A stretch of DNA of 64,000 nucleotides. It comes from Camelus ferus. Taxonomy: Eukaryota. The notes below the pieces were generated by a model. The model was given only the letters and a program-made list of their open reading frames with translations. It ran no database searches and had not been told where the DNA came from. Shown in pieces: positions 53,101 through 64,000 of this stretch. The translations under genes and the position numbers were made by a program. The stretch lies in the NCBI RefSeq assembly GCF_009834535.1, contig NC_045697.1, forward strand, positions 48,920,001 through 48,984,000. Reading direction: 5' to 3'. How positions within the stretch are numbered: position 1 is the first letter of the stretch; each line of letters starts with the position of its first letter.

Positions 53101-54349
53101 AATGAAAGAATCCATTTTAAAATCAGTAGTGTCAGACAACAAGAAGCCAGGGGACATATGTTTGAGGTTATCTCTGATGTCACCTTGCAAACGCACCCCT
53201 TTATGGATAAAGAATGGAAAGGTGTGGCTGGGATAGGGATTGGTAGGGGAAGGCTGTAGTTCAGACTGACAGGAAGAGGATGATGGTGTTATAGGTGGCA
53301 AGAGCAGTTTCAGAGAGGGAGGTGTAACGGTGTGGAAGACAGAACCAACAGAATTTATACATGAGATGGCACAGAAGAGAGTCCAGCCAGAGCAAAGATA
53401 CCTCTCAGGAGGGCAGAAATCAGTAATATGTGCTCTGAGTGTTGATGATGTAAGAGACCTAAGAGACAATGACTTACCTTGAATTCCGAAGCCCAGATTT
53501 TTTTTTTAAACATGTAAGAGAAAATGTCCTTGTTTCCTACAAATGACATCAGAGGCTAAAAAACACAGGACCCAGAGACCAGCTGTGTAGCACCAAGATT
53601 CCTGTTGTTGCCAGTACTTCTTAAATACCTTGTCTTCCAACCCAGCCCTCTGACACATTGAATTTTTTTTGGACAAGTGCAATCATTTCCAACAACCGGG
53701 CCATTCACAAACACTTCATTTCTCTAAAAGCTCTTCCAAGAATTTCTCTGCTTGACCGCTTCAAGGAGGTCTCTGCTGGTGATAGCTTTTCTGTGGCTGT
53801 CGAAGAGCAATCTAGCTGCAGGCTGATCTGTCCCAGTCACCAGTGGTCCAGAGAGCCCAGTGCGCCCAGGACCCAGGAGCATCCATGACGTCTGGGCGGG
53901 TTTGCTTTAGGATTTCCCCCATATAAGTAAAATCAGCCTCCTTTTTCCTCCTCTTCTTCCCAAAGGCTGAACTGGCCCACTCACACTTCTTTTTGGCTGG
54001 GCTGCACTTTTTAGTCTTCTTCTTAGGGAGCCTTAGGCCATGTAGGCATATGAAGTACATGTGGAGGCTTTACTCCTTTTAAGTGCACGAAAATGATGCC
54101 TCCTCCAGTGAAGGCAACACAACAACACTAATTAACAAATGTTAAGCAGTCCCTCCTTTGATGGGACTTGAACAACTTAAAGGAGTTCTTACACCTATTT
54201 TAGGGGACCTTATAGGACTAAGATTTTAAAATATCCTTTCCCTCTAATAAATTTAGAAACATATGTAACAAAATATTAATCCCGTATTTCCCCCAGATAA
54301 CAGCTCTGGAATCTAGACAGAGACAAATATCTGGTAGGCAACAATGACC

Positions 54350-54625
54350 GAGTGGCATAGCCTGTTAAGTGCACGGGCTCTGGAGAACCAGAATGCCTGG
54401 ACTCAAACTCCAGCTCCAGCATTTACTGCTAGCTGTGAGGACTTCAGAAAGCTACTCAGATTCCGTGTCTTGGTTTCTCATGTATAAAGTTGGCATAATA
54501 ATGCTGCCTTCCTCACGAAGTTGTGGAAATTTAATGCGTTAACACGTGCGGATCTCTTGGCACTGAGCTTGGCGGAGTAAGCACTTAGCAAGTGCCAGCA
54601 TTTACTAGTGATTGCTACCTGTTGT
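54350..54625 (+). mobile_element. MIR SINE
   Basis: GTTAAGTGCACGGGCTCTGGAG...CTTGGTTTCTCATGTATAAAGTTGGCATAATAAT. Confidence 0.8.
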
Positions 54626-55269
54626 TGTTTGTTGGTGTTGTAGTCGTTACTTGATTTATGAATCCTAGGGGCAGGTGCATCCCCACAACAGGTGAAACTG
54701 CTTTTCTCAGTCACAATACAGAGTGAGTCATAATAAAGTCATGCTGCCAACTTCCTGAACTATTGAATTACTTGAGCTTCTGCAGACAATCCCTGTTAAA
54801 AAGATAGTTACCCTTTCTTTTTGAAGTTCACAGATTATAGAGGCTCTTTTCTTAACTCCACCTTTCCTTTTCAAGGACATTAAATCCCAAAGAAAATGAT
54901 CTGGAAATGATTTCCTTTATGGCCACCCTTTTGTAGCTCCTTTTCCCCCATTCATTCTCCTGCCTCATTTGTACCTAAAGAAAAATGATATTTCATTCAT
55001 TATATTGTCATCCATGACTGGCAGCTTATAACTGCTTTGTATAAGTGTACGTGCCTTTCATAGGTACGACTCAGTGTGTTCTGTCCCTTCCCTTCACTTA
55101 CAGTGGGGGTTACCCTACATTAGGGGAATAGTGAACATTTGGTTAGCAGTGTATGAGCTCTTGTGCACTTTTTCCATAGAAATAAGATCTGGGATTCACA
55201 CAATCAGCCACTTAATTTCACTTGCCTCATCCCTGGTACTGTCTTAATTATGTGGACTTTCATCAATGT

Positions 55270-55761
55270 TCAAATGCCCTCTCTCCCCAAAGACATCCAC
55301 GTTCTAATCTCTGGAAACTGTGCATATATTAGGTTACATAGTAAAGAGGAATTAAGGCCACAGACAGAAATAAGGTTTTACTCAACTGATCTTAAAACAG
55401 GGAGATAGATTATCCTGGTGGGCCCAATGTAATCTCACGGGTACTTTAAAATGGGAAGAGGGAGGCAAGAGTTAGAGATCAGAATAATGCAATGTGAGAG
55501 GGACTCAACTTGCGTTGCTGGGTTAGAAGATGGAGGAACGGGGCCAGGAGCCAGGGAATGTGGGCAGCTTCTAGAAGGTGGGAAGAGTAAGGAAATAGAT
55601 TTTTTTCCCTCTACAGCCTCCAAAAAGGAACACAGCCTTGTTGACACTTTGATTTTAGCCCAGTGAGACCTGTGTTAGACTTGTGACCTAGAGAACTGTA
55701 AGACACTAAGTTTGTGTTGTTTAAGTGGTAATTTTTACAGCAGCAATGGGAAACTGATACA
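55270..55761 (+). mobile_element. MaLR solo LTR (MLT1D-like)
   Basis: CCCCAAAGACATCCACGTTCTAATCTCTGGAAACTGTG...TTGATTTTAGCCCAGTGAGACC...CAGCAGCAATGGGAAACTGATACA. Confidence 0.88.
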
Positions 55762-56986
55762 CACTCCACCTGTGGAGATCTGCCTGGCAACCTCATCTCC
55801 TGGGACTCTGCCTCCCTGCCTACACTGCCTCCTGCTCTGTTTCGTCTTGGCTTATTAATTCAACAGAAGTTACTGAGCACCTACTCTGTGCTAGGCACTC
55901 TGCTGGATCTCAGAAATGCAAGATGAGTAAGACATAGCCCATGATTTTTCATTTACTCAACAAATATTTGTGTACCCGGGGTCTGAGTTAGATATGGTAG
56001 AGATGAAAAGGAAATAGTCCCAGCCCTTCAGGAGGCTCATAAACTTCTGAGAAGACAGTCAAAATTTTTAAAAAAATAATGACTTGGCGTAATAAATGCA
56101 AGCTAAGGGGTATAGAAGAGAGACCACCCAACCCACCTTGATGTCAGGAAAACCACAGAAAGAGGAAGAAATGGAGCTTGGATTTATATGAGTTTGCCAG
56201 ACAGGGTGGGGAGAGATATTCAAGAACTCTGAAGCCATATGGCACTTGAAATCTAGCTAGTGGATATGAGAAACAGAATCTAAAATTGAATTACACTTTA
56301 ATTACTTTTAATTGAAATGGAAATAGCCACATGTGGCTGGTGGCTACCATACTGGACAGAGCAGACCACACCAGATTATACCCTTGGAAGGAAGGAGATG
56401 GCCTTCTCTTTGCTCTTTTTCCACTTCTTACTGACTGGAAAGCAGATGTTGTGGCAAGTCACCTCAGACCATGCAGACGGGGCATCCCCCCAGAGATGGA
56501 AGTAAGAAAGCAGAAGGGACTTGGGTCCCTGACCCCATGCAGCCATCTTTCAGTTTGGCTTATGCTCAGGTTATCATGTGAGACATATATAAATTCCTAC
56601 ATTGTTTAAGCTATTGTTAGTTTGGATTTCTGTACAGCAGCCAAATCTGTATCCTAATACAAATGTCTCCTCGAATAATGGAAAATTGTCACAACCTTTG
56701 CTAAGTTTTTTTTTTTTTAGCTCTTTCTGCATACCAGCCCCTATGCTAACTATTCTAAATGTATGGTTTCATTTAATCCCCCCTACACAGTCTGATGAAG
56801 GAGATAATCGTTTACTCCCATTCTGCAGATAAAATGGAGCCTTAGCAGAGTGGCTCATTGGTAGTAGGATTAGGGCTGTTTGACAGCAAACTATATTCTA
56901 GTGAACAGATACATATCTTATCATTAAAGACCAGGCAAAATGAGTGTACAACCAGAGTTTTAAAATGCAGAGATGATACTTATGTC

Positions 56987-57526
56987 TGTGGCAGACATTC
57001 TCAGCTATATACCCAGCACCCATTCCCTCCTTCTTCCTGAAAACAGAAACTCAATTTGTTCAAATAGTAGACAGAGATTCCTCGACAACAGGAAGGTTAG
57101 GTTTCTACTGCAAACCAGAAGAGAAATCTTGACTGGTCTAAACTAGTTACAGAAACCTCATTGCCCTTGGCCATAACTGGTCTAAGGATAGCTTTGTGGC
57201 ACAGTTCTGGTCAATGAGATGCAAGCAAAAGTCAGATAGGGAGCTTGTCCCTTTCCAAGTAAAAAGCCAAATCCCTACCCAGAATGAAGCTGCAATGCTG
57301 GAGGTATGGCATCCACCTTGCAACCATGAAGACAAAAGCCAACATCATGAGGAAGGCAGAGTGGAGAGATAAGTGAAGTTACTGATGACATTAGGAGCTG
57401 GGGCTCCTAGCCTGCACAGCCTAACTCCAGACTTCATGTAATATGAGAAAAACTAACCCCAATTTACCTAGACCATTATCAATTGGGTTTTCAGTAACAT
57501 AGCTGGAATCTTTGCTAACTGATACA
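56987..57526 (+). mobile_element. Old MaLR LTR (MLT1-type)
   Basis: TGTGGCAGAC...CAGTTCTGGTCAATGAGATGCAAG...CTAACTGATACA. Confidence 0.75.
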
Positions 57527-58606
57527 TATATATGTACACATATCTTTTGTTTTCTTATGAAGGTAAGGAAATGTTACACAACTTACAGTGACATTCTGCA
57601 CACTCTTGGCTGACTGCTGGAAACCAGTTCCCACTGGCTTATCCACAGTAAAAATCATTTCAGTCCCTCTCAAAACACAGATTTCGGTGGGATATGAAAA
57701 CTAACCTTAAATAAGTAACAGAGCTCAGGCAAAAGGTATATTTACCTCTTTCCCATCCTCAGACTAAAAATAAATTTTCCCCCTCAATTACATATGTTTC
57801 TTGAGTAATGTTTATGTGTGAAAAGCACTTATACTCTCTTGTTTTAGACTGCTAGTATTCTGAAATTTTAAAAGAAATCTCTGTATTCTTTCTTAATCTC
57901 TGTAGTTTAAGAGAAAAGCAAAACTACAAGCCTAATGCATAAAAAGGGTTCATTCTACCTACTCACACCAAAGATAAATGAAGAATTGAGGAGTGTTGCA
58001 GGAGGACTAAAGTTTAAAAATTGGCTTAAATACGCAGATAAATAGAAGAGGCAGAAATGCTGTTTTGCCCTTGAATTATACTAAAAGCTGATTTAATTCT
58101 CTGTGAGTGTGCAAAAAGCAATAAATAATATTTATGCAGTCAATTATCCAGAATTACAAATTCTAAAATATTTTGGAATGCTAGATATTTTCCACTGAAA
58201 GGAGAAAGCGGGTATTTTCCTAGCCACATGCTAAATAAATGCGCACGTACACAGATATACACCATGCCACCACCTTAACCAAGCTGTTAACCTTTAATCC
58301 GATTTATAACTGAAGAGATCATGTGGTAGCTGGTTTTACACTATTTCATTCACAAAAAGAGATTATCGATCAAACAAGCACATTTTTCCGTGGGATTTCA
58401 CAGAATAAACGAGCTAGACACATTTTTCTTTCAAACTCCAAGCTATGCAAAGTATTTCCAGATATAATCAGAAAGGTATGAAACAGCAAATTAAGCAATA
58501 TCCAGGCAATCCCCAGCATTATCTTTGTGTTTTTGACAGATCTGACAAAAGTTGAAAGGTTGAAAAAGCAACTGGAATAAAGACAAGATTGGAAAAATAA
58601 ACATAC

Positions 58607-58774
58607 CTTAGAGATGATTAATGGTTCTCCGTGCTCCAGGCCACCTTTCAAAGTAAAACCCCAGGGAGCTCCTCCCTGCAGGAACGCTTCCAGATAAATG
58701 TACCTTCCCCTGGGGGTCCTGTTAGGGTTTAGTGTGGCACTAGGCTCCTCGACGTTCTCTGTGGTCCTCATCAT
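58607..58774 (-). CDS. SHROOM3: SHROOM3 coding exon 1 (long PDZ-containing isoform), 56 codons, phase-0 donor
   Basis: Translation [56 protein letters not shown] matches the SHROOM3 N-terminus and PDZ start as I recall it (human [56 protein letters not shown]). Similarity ends at AAG|GTATGT, with GT at 58606-58605; length 168 nt. Confidence 0.97.
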
Positions 58775-59750
58775 GCCAAATACATGATCCCTCGAGTTAA
58801 AGTTTAAATGCCTGGAGCAGATTCAGGAAAGCAGTGGCTCTACCGCACATTATTCCACCCTTCAGGATGCACGCCAGTCAAAAGGGAAGTTTTCAGAAAA
58901 TAATTCTTTCAGTTGTAAAATGTCCTTCCAAGCTTAACTGCAAGATCCTGAACCAGGAGGATTTTCCAATTCAACATCTCTGAATGTAAATTCTCATCCT
59001 GGAATTTCCAATCCTCGTGGAAGCTCCCTAAGTGGTGTCTGTCTATCCACTCTGTTCAAAAAAAAAAAAAAACTTCTTTCAATGTCACTCTTAAGATGGC
59101 TTTTATTTCACAGACACACACACCAAAACTTTTCCTGTAGATTTTACAGAGAAACTTAAAGCCATCTTACGATGTAGAAAGGAAATTGCAGCAACTTGAA
59201 CGAATACCTCAGTTTTGATTATCAACCCTTTCTTCCTCTCCGAGTGAAATTTACCATTACAATAGCCTCCCCTCTCCCCAGTAGTTTTAAAAGAAAGAAA
59301 GCACTTACTATGCTTCTGCTTGCTTCAGAATTTTCTAACTTGTCCCAAAGAGACAGAGAAGCTTTGATAAAACTTTTGGTCTGCATTTTTCAGCAATAAG
59401 TTCATAGTTTGTTTCTTGAAGAAAAAAAAAAGTTTTTGCAGGATGGAGAGAAAAATGGAAAAAAAAAAAAGCATTGGTAAATTCACATTCAGTGGAAAAA
59501 TTATCCAGGAGGCAGCTTAGTTCTTTCTTTGGTATTTTCAGGGATGACCAGACACTGCTGCTGCCGCGGTAGCCACTTGCCTCATCTGAAAGAAAGAGTA
59601 AGGAAGGGAGAGGAAATGGATTAGGGCAAACAGAGGCACCGCAACCTTTCTGCACAATAAGCACTGCTATGCGGAATTCAGTTCACCACAGAGACCCAGC
59701 CAATCAAAACAGTCTTACAGTTGATAAAACGTAGACAGTTAGAAATACCT
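58775..59750 (-). promoter_or_regulatory. SHROOM3: Inferred SHROOM3 5'UTR and proximal promoter
   Basis: About 1 kb free of recognisable interspersed repeats upstream of the ATG, bounded by a MER5 element near 59790. CCAAT box AGCCAATCA at 59698-59706 and GGATTA at 59618-59623. No CpG island. TSS position is inferred, not seen. Confidence 0.55.
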
Positions 59751-59789
59751 TACAGATGGCTAATTTGCAAGGAGTAGAAAAATAGTTGA

Positions 59790-59910
59790 TAGAATAGCCC
59801 CACCTTGTTCCAATTAAAGCAGAATCTCTGGGGGTGAAACTCAGGCATTGACATTTTTTTTAAAAAACGCCGGGCGATTCCGCTGTGCAGCCAAGTTTGA
59901 GAAGCAGTGC
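59790..59910. mobile_element. MER5-like MITE
   Basis: CCAATTAAAGCAGAATCTCTGGGGGTGAAACTCAGGCAT...GTGCAGCCAAGTTTGAGAAGCAGTG. Confidence 0.8.
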
Positions 59911-60245
59911 CCTGAGCGGTTTTGGTAAACATTTAAGTCAGTGTTAAGGTGACAGCGCAAGGGCTTTATTTTGTTCACTAGAAGAAAATGCCAAGTAAAA
60001 TATATGACCAGCCTCTCATCCTGAAATAGGACTCTCCAACCAAATTTCTGCTTGTTTGATTCAATACAAACAGGACGCAGACTTTTTTCTGTCTTTTAAT
60101 TGTTATCTACTCCAAGACTGTTACCCATTCTTTAAATGTAAAGAAATGTCTGGCAAGTAATGGGCACTCAAGGTGGAATGTTGTCCTGATTTCAGGTTAG
60201 CAGTGGAATTTTGTAATAATGCTATATAAAATTTAACATTAATAC

Positions 60246-60671
60246 TGTTACTGAAGGCAAGTTTGTGTGCCCCCTGCACCACGAGGCCAAACAAACTGAA
60301 ACGTCGAAGTTTTGCAGGACCAAGCAAGGAAGACGCAGTGGTTCATGCCCAAGAAAACCCTGAATTCCCCAAAGGGTTTCAGCAAAGCATACTTAAAAGC
60401 CAGGTAAGGGTGGGGTCGCAGGGTACGTGATCAGCTCGTGCACAGTTCTCTGATTGGTTGATGTGGAGGTAACCAGGCGGTCAACGCTATCAACCCCTAG
60501 GTGCCAGAAGGTCTGGGGGCCACGTTCTCTTGCTCATTAAGTAATTTCTTCCCTTTGGTGGTGGTATTAAGCATCTGGAAAACTCAGGAAATATTCAGAG
60601 AAGAGCTATGGCAGAGAATATGGGGGAGGGGTCTGACCCAGGAAGGCCCCACAGGGTCCTGCTCGGTAACA
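60246..60671 (-). mobile_element. ERV1-type solo LTR (cetartiodactyl family)
   Basis: Inverted termini TGTTAC...GTAACA. The minus strand begins TGTTACCGAGCAGGACCCTGTGGGGCCTTCCTGGG and contains AACCAATCAG. Confidence 0.82.
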
Positions 60672-60782
60672 AACTTTCTTTTATCCAGAAGCCTCAGCTG
60701 TCAAGTTATTGAAACAATTTAGAATTATTTCCAAGGGATATTTTGCTAAAACTTTTTCTGTTTAAAAGTATGTGATAATGGG

Positions 60783-60909
60783 AGGAGAGGGTATTGCTCA
60801 GTGGTAGAGCGCATACTTAGCATGCACGAGGTCCTGGGTTCAATCCCTAGTACCTCCATTAAAAAAAAAATAATAATAAATAAATAAACCTAATTGCCCC
60901 GCCCCCCAA
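60783..60909 (+). mobile_element. tRNA-derived camelid-type SINE (Vic-1-like)
   Basis: GGTATTGCTCAGTGGTAGAGCGCATACTTAGCATGCACGAGGTCCTGGGTTCAATCCC; TSD AAA(A/C)GTATGTGATAATG. Confidence 0.95.
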
Positions 60910-60926
60910 AAACGTATGTGATAATG

Positions 60927-61191
60927 TCAGACATAGAAAGCAAACTTCTGGTTACCAAAGGGAAAAGAATAAATTAGGAGTTTGAAATTAGCAGATGCAC
61001 ACTACTATATGTAAAATAGATAAACAGCAAGGTCCTACTATGTAGCACACGATGTATTCAATATCTTGTGATAACCTATAATGGAAAAGAATCTGAAAAA
61101 GAATATATATATATATATATATAACTAAATCACTTTGCTGTATACTTGAAATTAGCACAACACTGTAAATCAACTATACTTGAATTTTTTA
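60927..61191 (+). mobile_element. Cetartiodactyl-type L1 3' end
   Basis: CAGACATAGAAAGCAAACTTCTGGTTACCAAAGGG...GTAAATCAACTATACTTGAA. Confidence 0.92.
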
Positions 61192-63190
61192 AAAAGTATG
61201 TGATAATATGAATTATGTTGGAAACTGAGGTTTTGATATCAGTTTAATTTTGGTGTTTGTACCTATAGTTAATGAAAAGTTAATATAACAGAGAAGCAGA
61301 CATAATATACAAATAAGTCTAGATAATATTTAATGTATAACAACACATGACAAGTATTATTTGCTTTTCAGTGGTGACTTCCTCTGTAGGGCTCAAAGAC
61401 AAAAAAAGTAAAATCTCATTTTTATGTAATGATGCTATTTTAGTGGAAACAAAAGGTTTCATATACAAAATGAAAATATATGGTAAACACTGTCAGATTC
61501 TTAAGAGTAATTTATGCAATTTTCACTGGGTTTCCTTTTGCAGATTAATTTATAAATTAAGAATAAATGGTGAAATTTTGGCTTTTCTTTCACTGAGTTT
61601 TCAAATATGTATATTTATTTAAATAAGACCCTAAGTAAATAGTTTTTCTGGATATTTTTTGTGGCAATTATGACCTTGGTCCTAATTCATTTTGCAAAAA
61701 CTGGAATTTCACAGAATCAACATTTAATTTTAAAAGTAATGAAGCTAACAACAAAAGGCAAAGGAAATTAAGAACAAGGTAAGCAGTGAAGAACAGAACT
61801 CAGTGCTTGTAGACTGATGAAACCTCTCATTTACATTATCACCAAAAATATTTAAGTCATAAATATCTAATGAAAATCAAGATACAATCTAAAAAAAAGA
61901 ACATGCAGAACTTCATTTGATGGATATTCAGTGTAGCAACTGATAGGCCAGGATTGGAATAACATTTCTCCGCATCTTCCATTGCTCAGAATCAAAGAAT
62001 GCATCCTTATTTTTAGAAGTAAGGACATAGAGGCCATGAAAAGGTTAAATAATCTGACCAGATGACTCCTGCAAGCAGCATAAGTGGGCATTAAGTTAAA
62101 ATCTTCAGACACTTAGGAATGGATTCTCAGTTTAAGGTAGGTCTTTTGCATAATTCTGGCAAAAAGACAACTTTCTATGTAACTGACATTGCTAATTCAT
62201 AAGGATAACTTCCGTTTGGGCATGTGATTTGGACCCAAACTCTAATTAGAGAATGAAATTGGACTCTCTTTCCTCTCCAGGGAGAGAAAAACAACCCTGT
62301 TTCCTCAAGCTGCTGACAGTGGAAGGGACTAAGACTATGTCTTAGTATTATTATGAAAATGGATTTGATCTTGTAGACCCAAAAGGGTCTCAGGGACTCC
62401 CCAAGATCCCCAGACTACACTTTGAGAATTGCTGCCTTTACCAGATACAGCCATACCTGAAGCTATCCCACTCTTACCAGCATGGTAAGCCTATAAACAC
62501 ATATGTATTTTTTCCTTAAACAGCTGGAGTTGGGTTTCTGTTACTTGCAACTACAAGCGTTCAGAGTAAACACAATGAAACCCTTCATGGATCTTCCTGG
62601 TTTAGGAAAAAGTTTAGGGAAGCTTAGTGTCGTCTCACAGAGGGGGCTTCGAAACTTGTTTTCTCTCTTTCTACTTCTTCCCGCCTTCTATCTGCCTCTG
62701 ACTTAGAATTACTTCTACTCTTTTTTATCAAGTACTTCCTTCAAGACAAATAGATCCAACACAGCTCACAACTTTACTTTCTGTCTTTATATGAAAAATT
62801 CCCATTGTTGTAATTAAGTTCATGTTACTCTGTTTCTGTGTTCTGTGGCGCCAGGGTAGAAAAATTTCTCAATCATGTTGCCTCTCCTCTTTGTCTGGCG
62901 TGCCTGTACCAAACACTCTTATAAATGTCATTTGCCTAATCACTCTTTTGACTTAGGAATTATGCATCATTCTATTTGTTAAGGCCACTTAAGGGAAAAT
63001 TAATCTGTTCATTTTCAAAATTCTCATTTCTTGATTTTAATTTTTCACAGTAACCCATATCTTTATCTCTTTTAGAATCTTAAATGCTAAAATGTGATTT
63101 TTTAACTTATTGGATTTTTTGAATGCCTTTAAATTTAATATTTCAAAGATTGAAAATGTCACAGCTCTGAAAATAAAAACTAAAGTCAGA

Positions 63191-63204
63191 GTGACATCTA
63201 GTGG
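63191..63204 (-). promoter_or_regulatory. Candidate CTCF site
   Basis: Minus strand CCACTAGATGTCAC, one mismatch to CCASYAGRKGGCRS. Confidence 0.45.
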
Positions 63205-63774
63205 TTCTTCTGGCTCATTAAATAACCATGAAAGTAACTGTAGACAACGTGTTGTTAAACTGTAGGTTTGGAAGGTTAGTCTTTTTCAGAAAGAGCGTCT
63301 TAGAACCACTCAAATAGGCAGAAATCAACCTTATTTTAAAGTTTGCACAATCTCTCTAGGCAACCTTTCAGAAGCAAAAAGAATCATCTCCACATTTGTC
63401 TCTTTCTTAGGACCGAGAAAAACTTCCCCAGCTGACCTTCCCTCACTGCTAAATACTAAGAAACCTCACCTGAAAACAGCCACTTGAAAGAGAACTGAAA
63501 GCCCAAAGATTAGTTTAAAATCATCAGGATGCACCTGCTAGAACTTCGCCTGCAGCAATGTCATGGCTCTGCAGAATGTTGTGTTGAATACACAAAGTGG
63601 GATTCTCTGAGAAAGGAGGAAAGAGAAATGGATGCTGGGCATGCAGATTACAGCATCTGCTTCACCAACCGTCCTAAGGACTGTCACAAACTATGAGAGC
63701 ACAAACAATTCAAATCTTTCAGGAATGATGGAAACGTTGTGTCCTGATTGACACAGTAGCTTCACAGGTGTATA

Positions 63775-63996
63775 CAGTTGACCCTTGAGCAGCATGAAGG
63801 TTAGGGGCACAGATCCCCCCTCCACCCCACAGTTGAGAATCTGTATGTAAGTTTACAGTCAACCCTCTGTTTCTTCGATTTTGCATCAAGGATTTAACCG
63901 ACCACAGATCATGTAGCACTATAGTTTATTACTGAAAAAAAAATGTGTAGAAGTGGACCTGCACAGTTCAAACACTTACTGTTCAAGGGTCAAACG
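63775..63996. mobile_element. Tigger2-derived MITE (MER8-like)
   Basis: TIRs CAGTTGACCCTTGAGCAG and CTGTTCAAGGGTCAAACG, flanked by TA on both sides. Confidence 0.9.
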
Positions 63997-64000
63997 TATC

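Larger units (their letters stand above)
1..58606 (-). other. SHROOM3: SHROOM3 intron 1 (continues beyond the window start)
   Basis: Follows the canonical donor. The expected next PDZ residues (VEEGGKAD...) are not seen in the ORF track or on inspection. Repeat-rich sequence; SHROOM3 intron 1 is very large in mammals. Confidence 0.85.

Noticed and set aside
58370..58606. 78-aa extension of the SHROOM3 ORF (VCLFFQSC...)
   Set aside because: This is read-through past a canonical AAG|GTATGT donor; similarity to SHROOM3 stops exactly there and nothing supports an intron-retained isoform.
1..64000. CRISPR arrays, operons or other prokaryotic systems
   Set aside because: The sequence is mammalian intronic DNA with no regularly spaced repeats or dense ORFs.

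Overview
This is mammalian genomic DNA, probably camelid (alpaca, llama or camel), judged from five copies of a tRNA-derived SINE resembling Vic-1 and cetartiodactyl-type L1 3' ends. It holds the 5' end of SHROOM3 on the minus strand. Coding exon 1 is 58774..58607 (56 codons, start of the PDZ domain, GT donor). An inferred long 5'UTR/promoter lies at about 58775-59750, and all of 1-58606 is intron 1. I recognised no other protein-coding exon. The rest is the usual mix of L1, L2, MIR, MaLR/ERVL/ERV1 LTRs, DNA-transposon MITEs and microsatellites; subfamily names are from memory of consensus sequences and boundaries are approximate. I found no convincing new biological system. The best leads are: a 4-codon uORF whose stop overlaps both SHROOM3 start codons; a sense-oriented solo LTR upstream of exon 1 that appears to lack its poly(A) signal; two unidentified retroposed inserts inside L1s; two cases of a SINE re-using the target site of an earlier L1; a twin-primed L1 with a large internal gap; an old local duplication; and several dense motif clusters, including a convergent CTCF pair.
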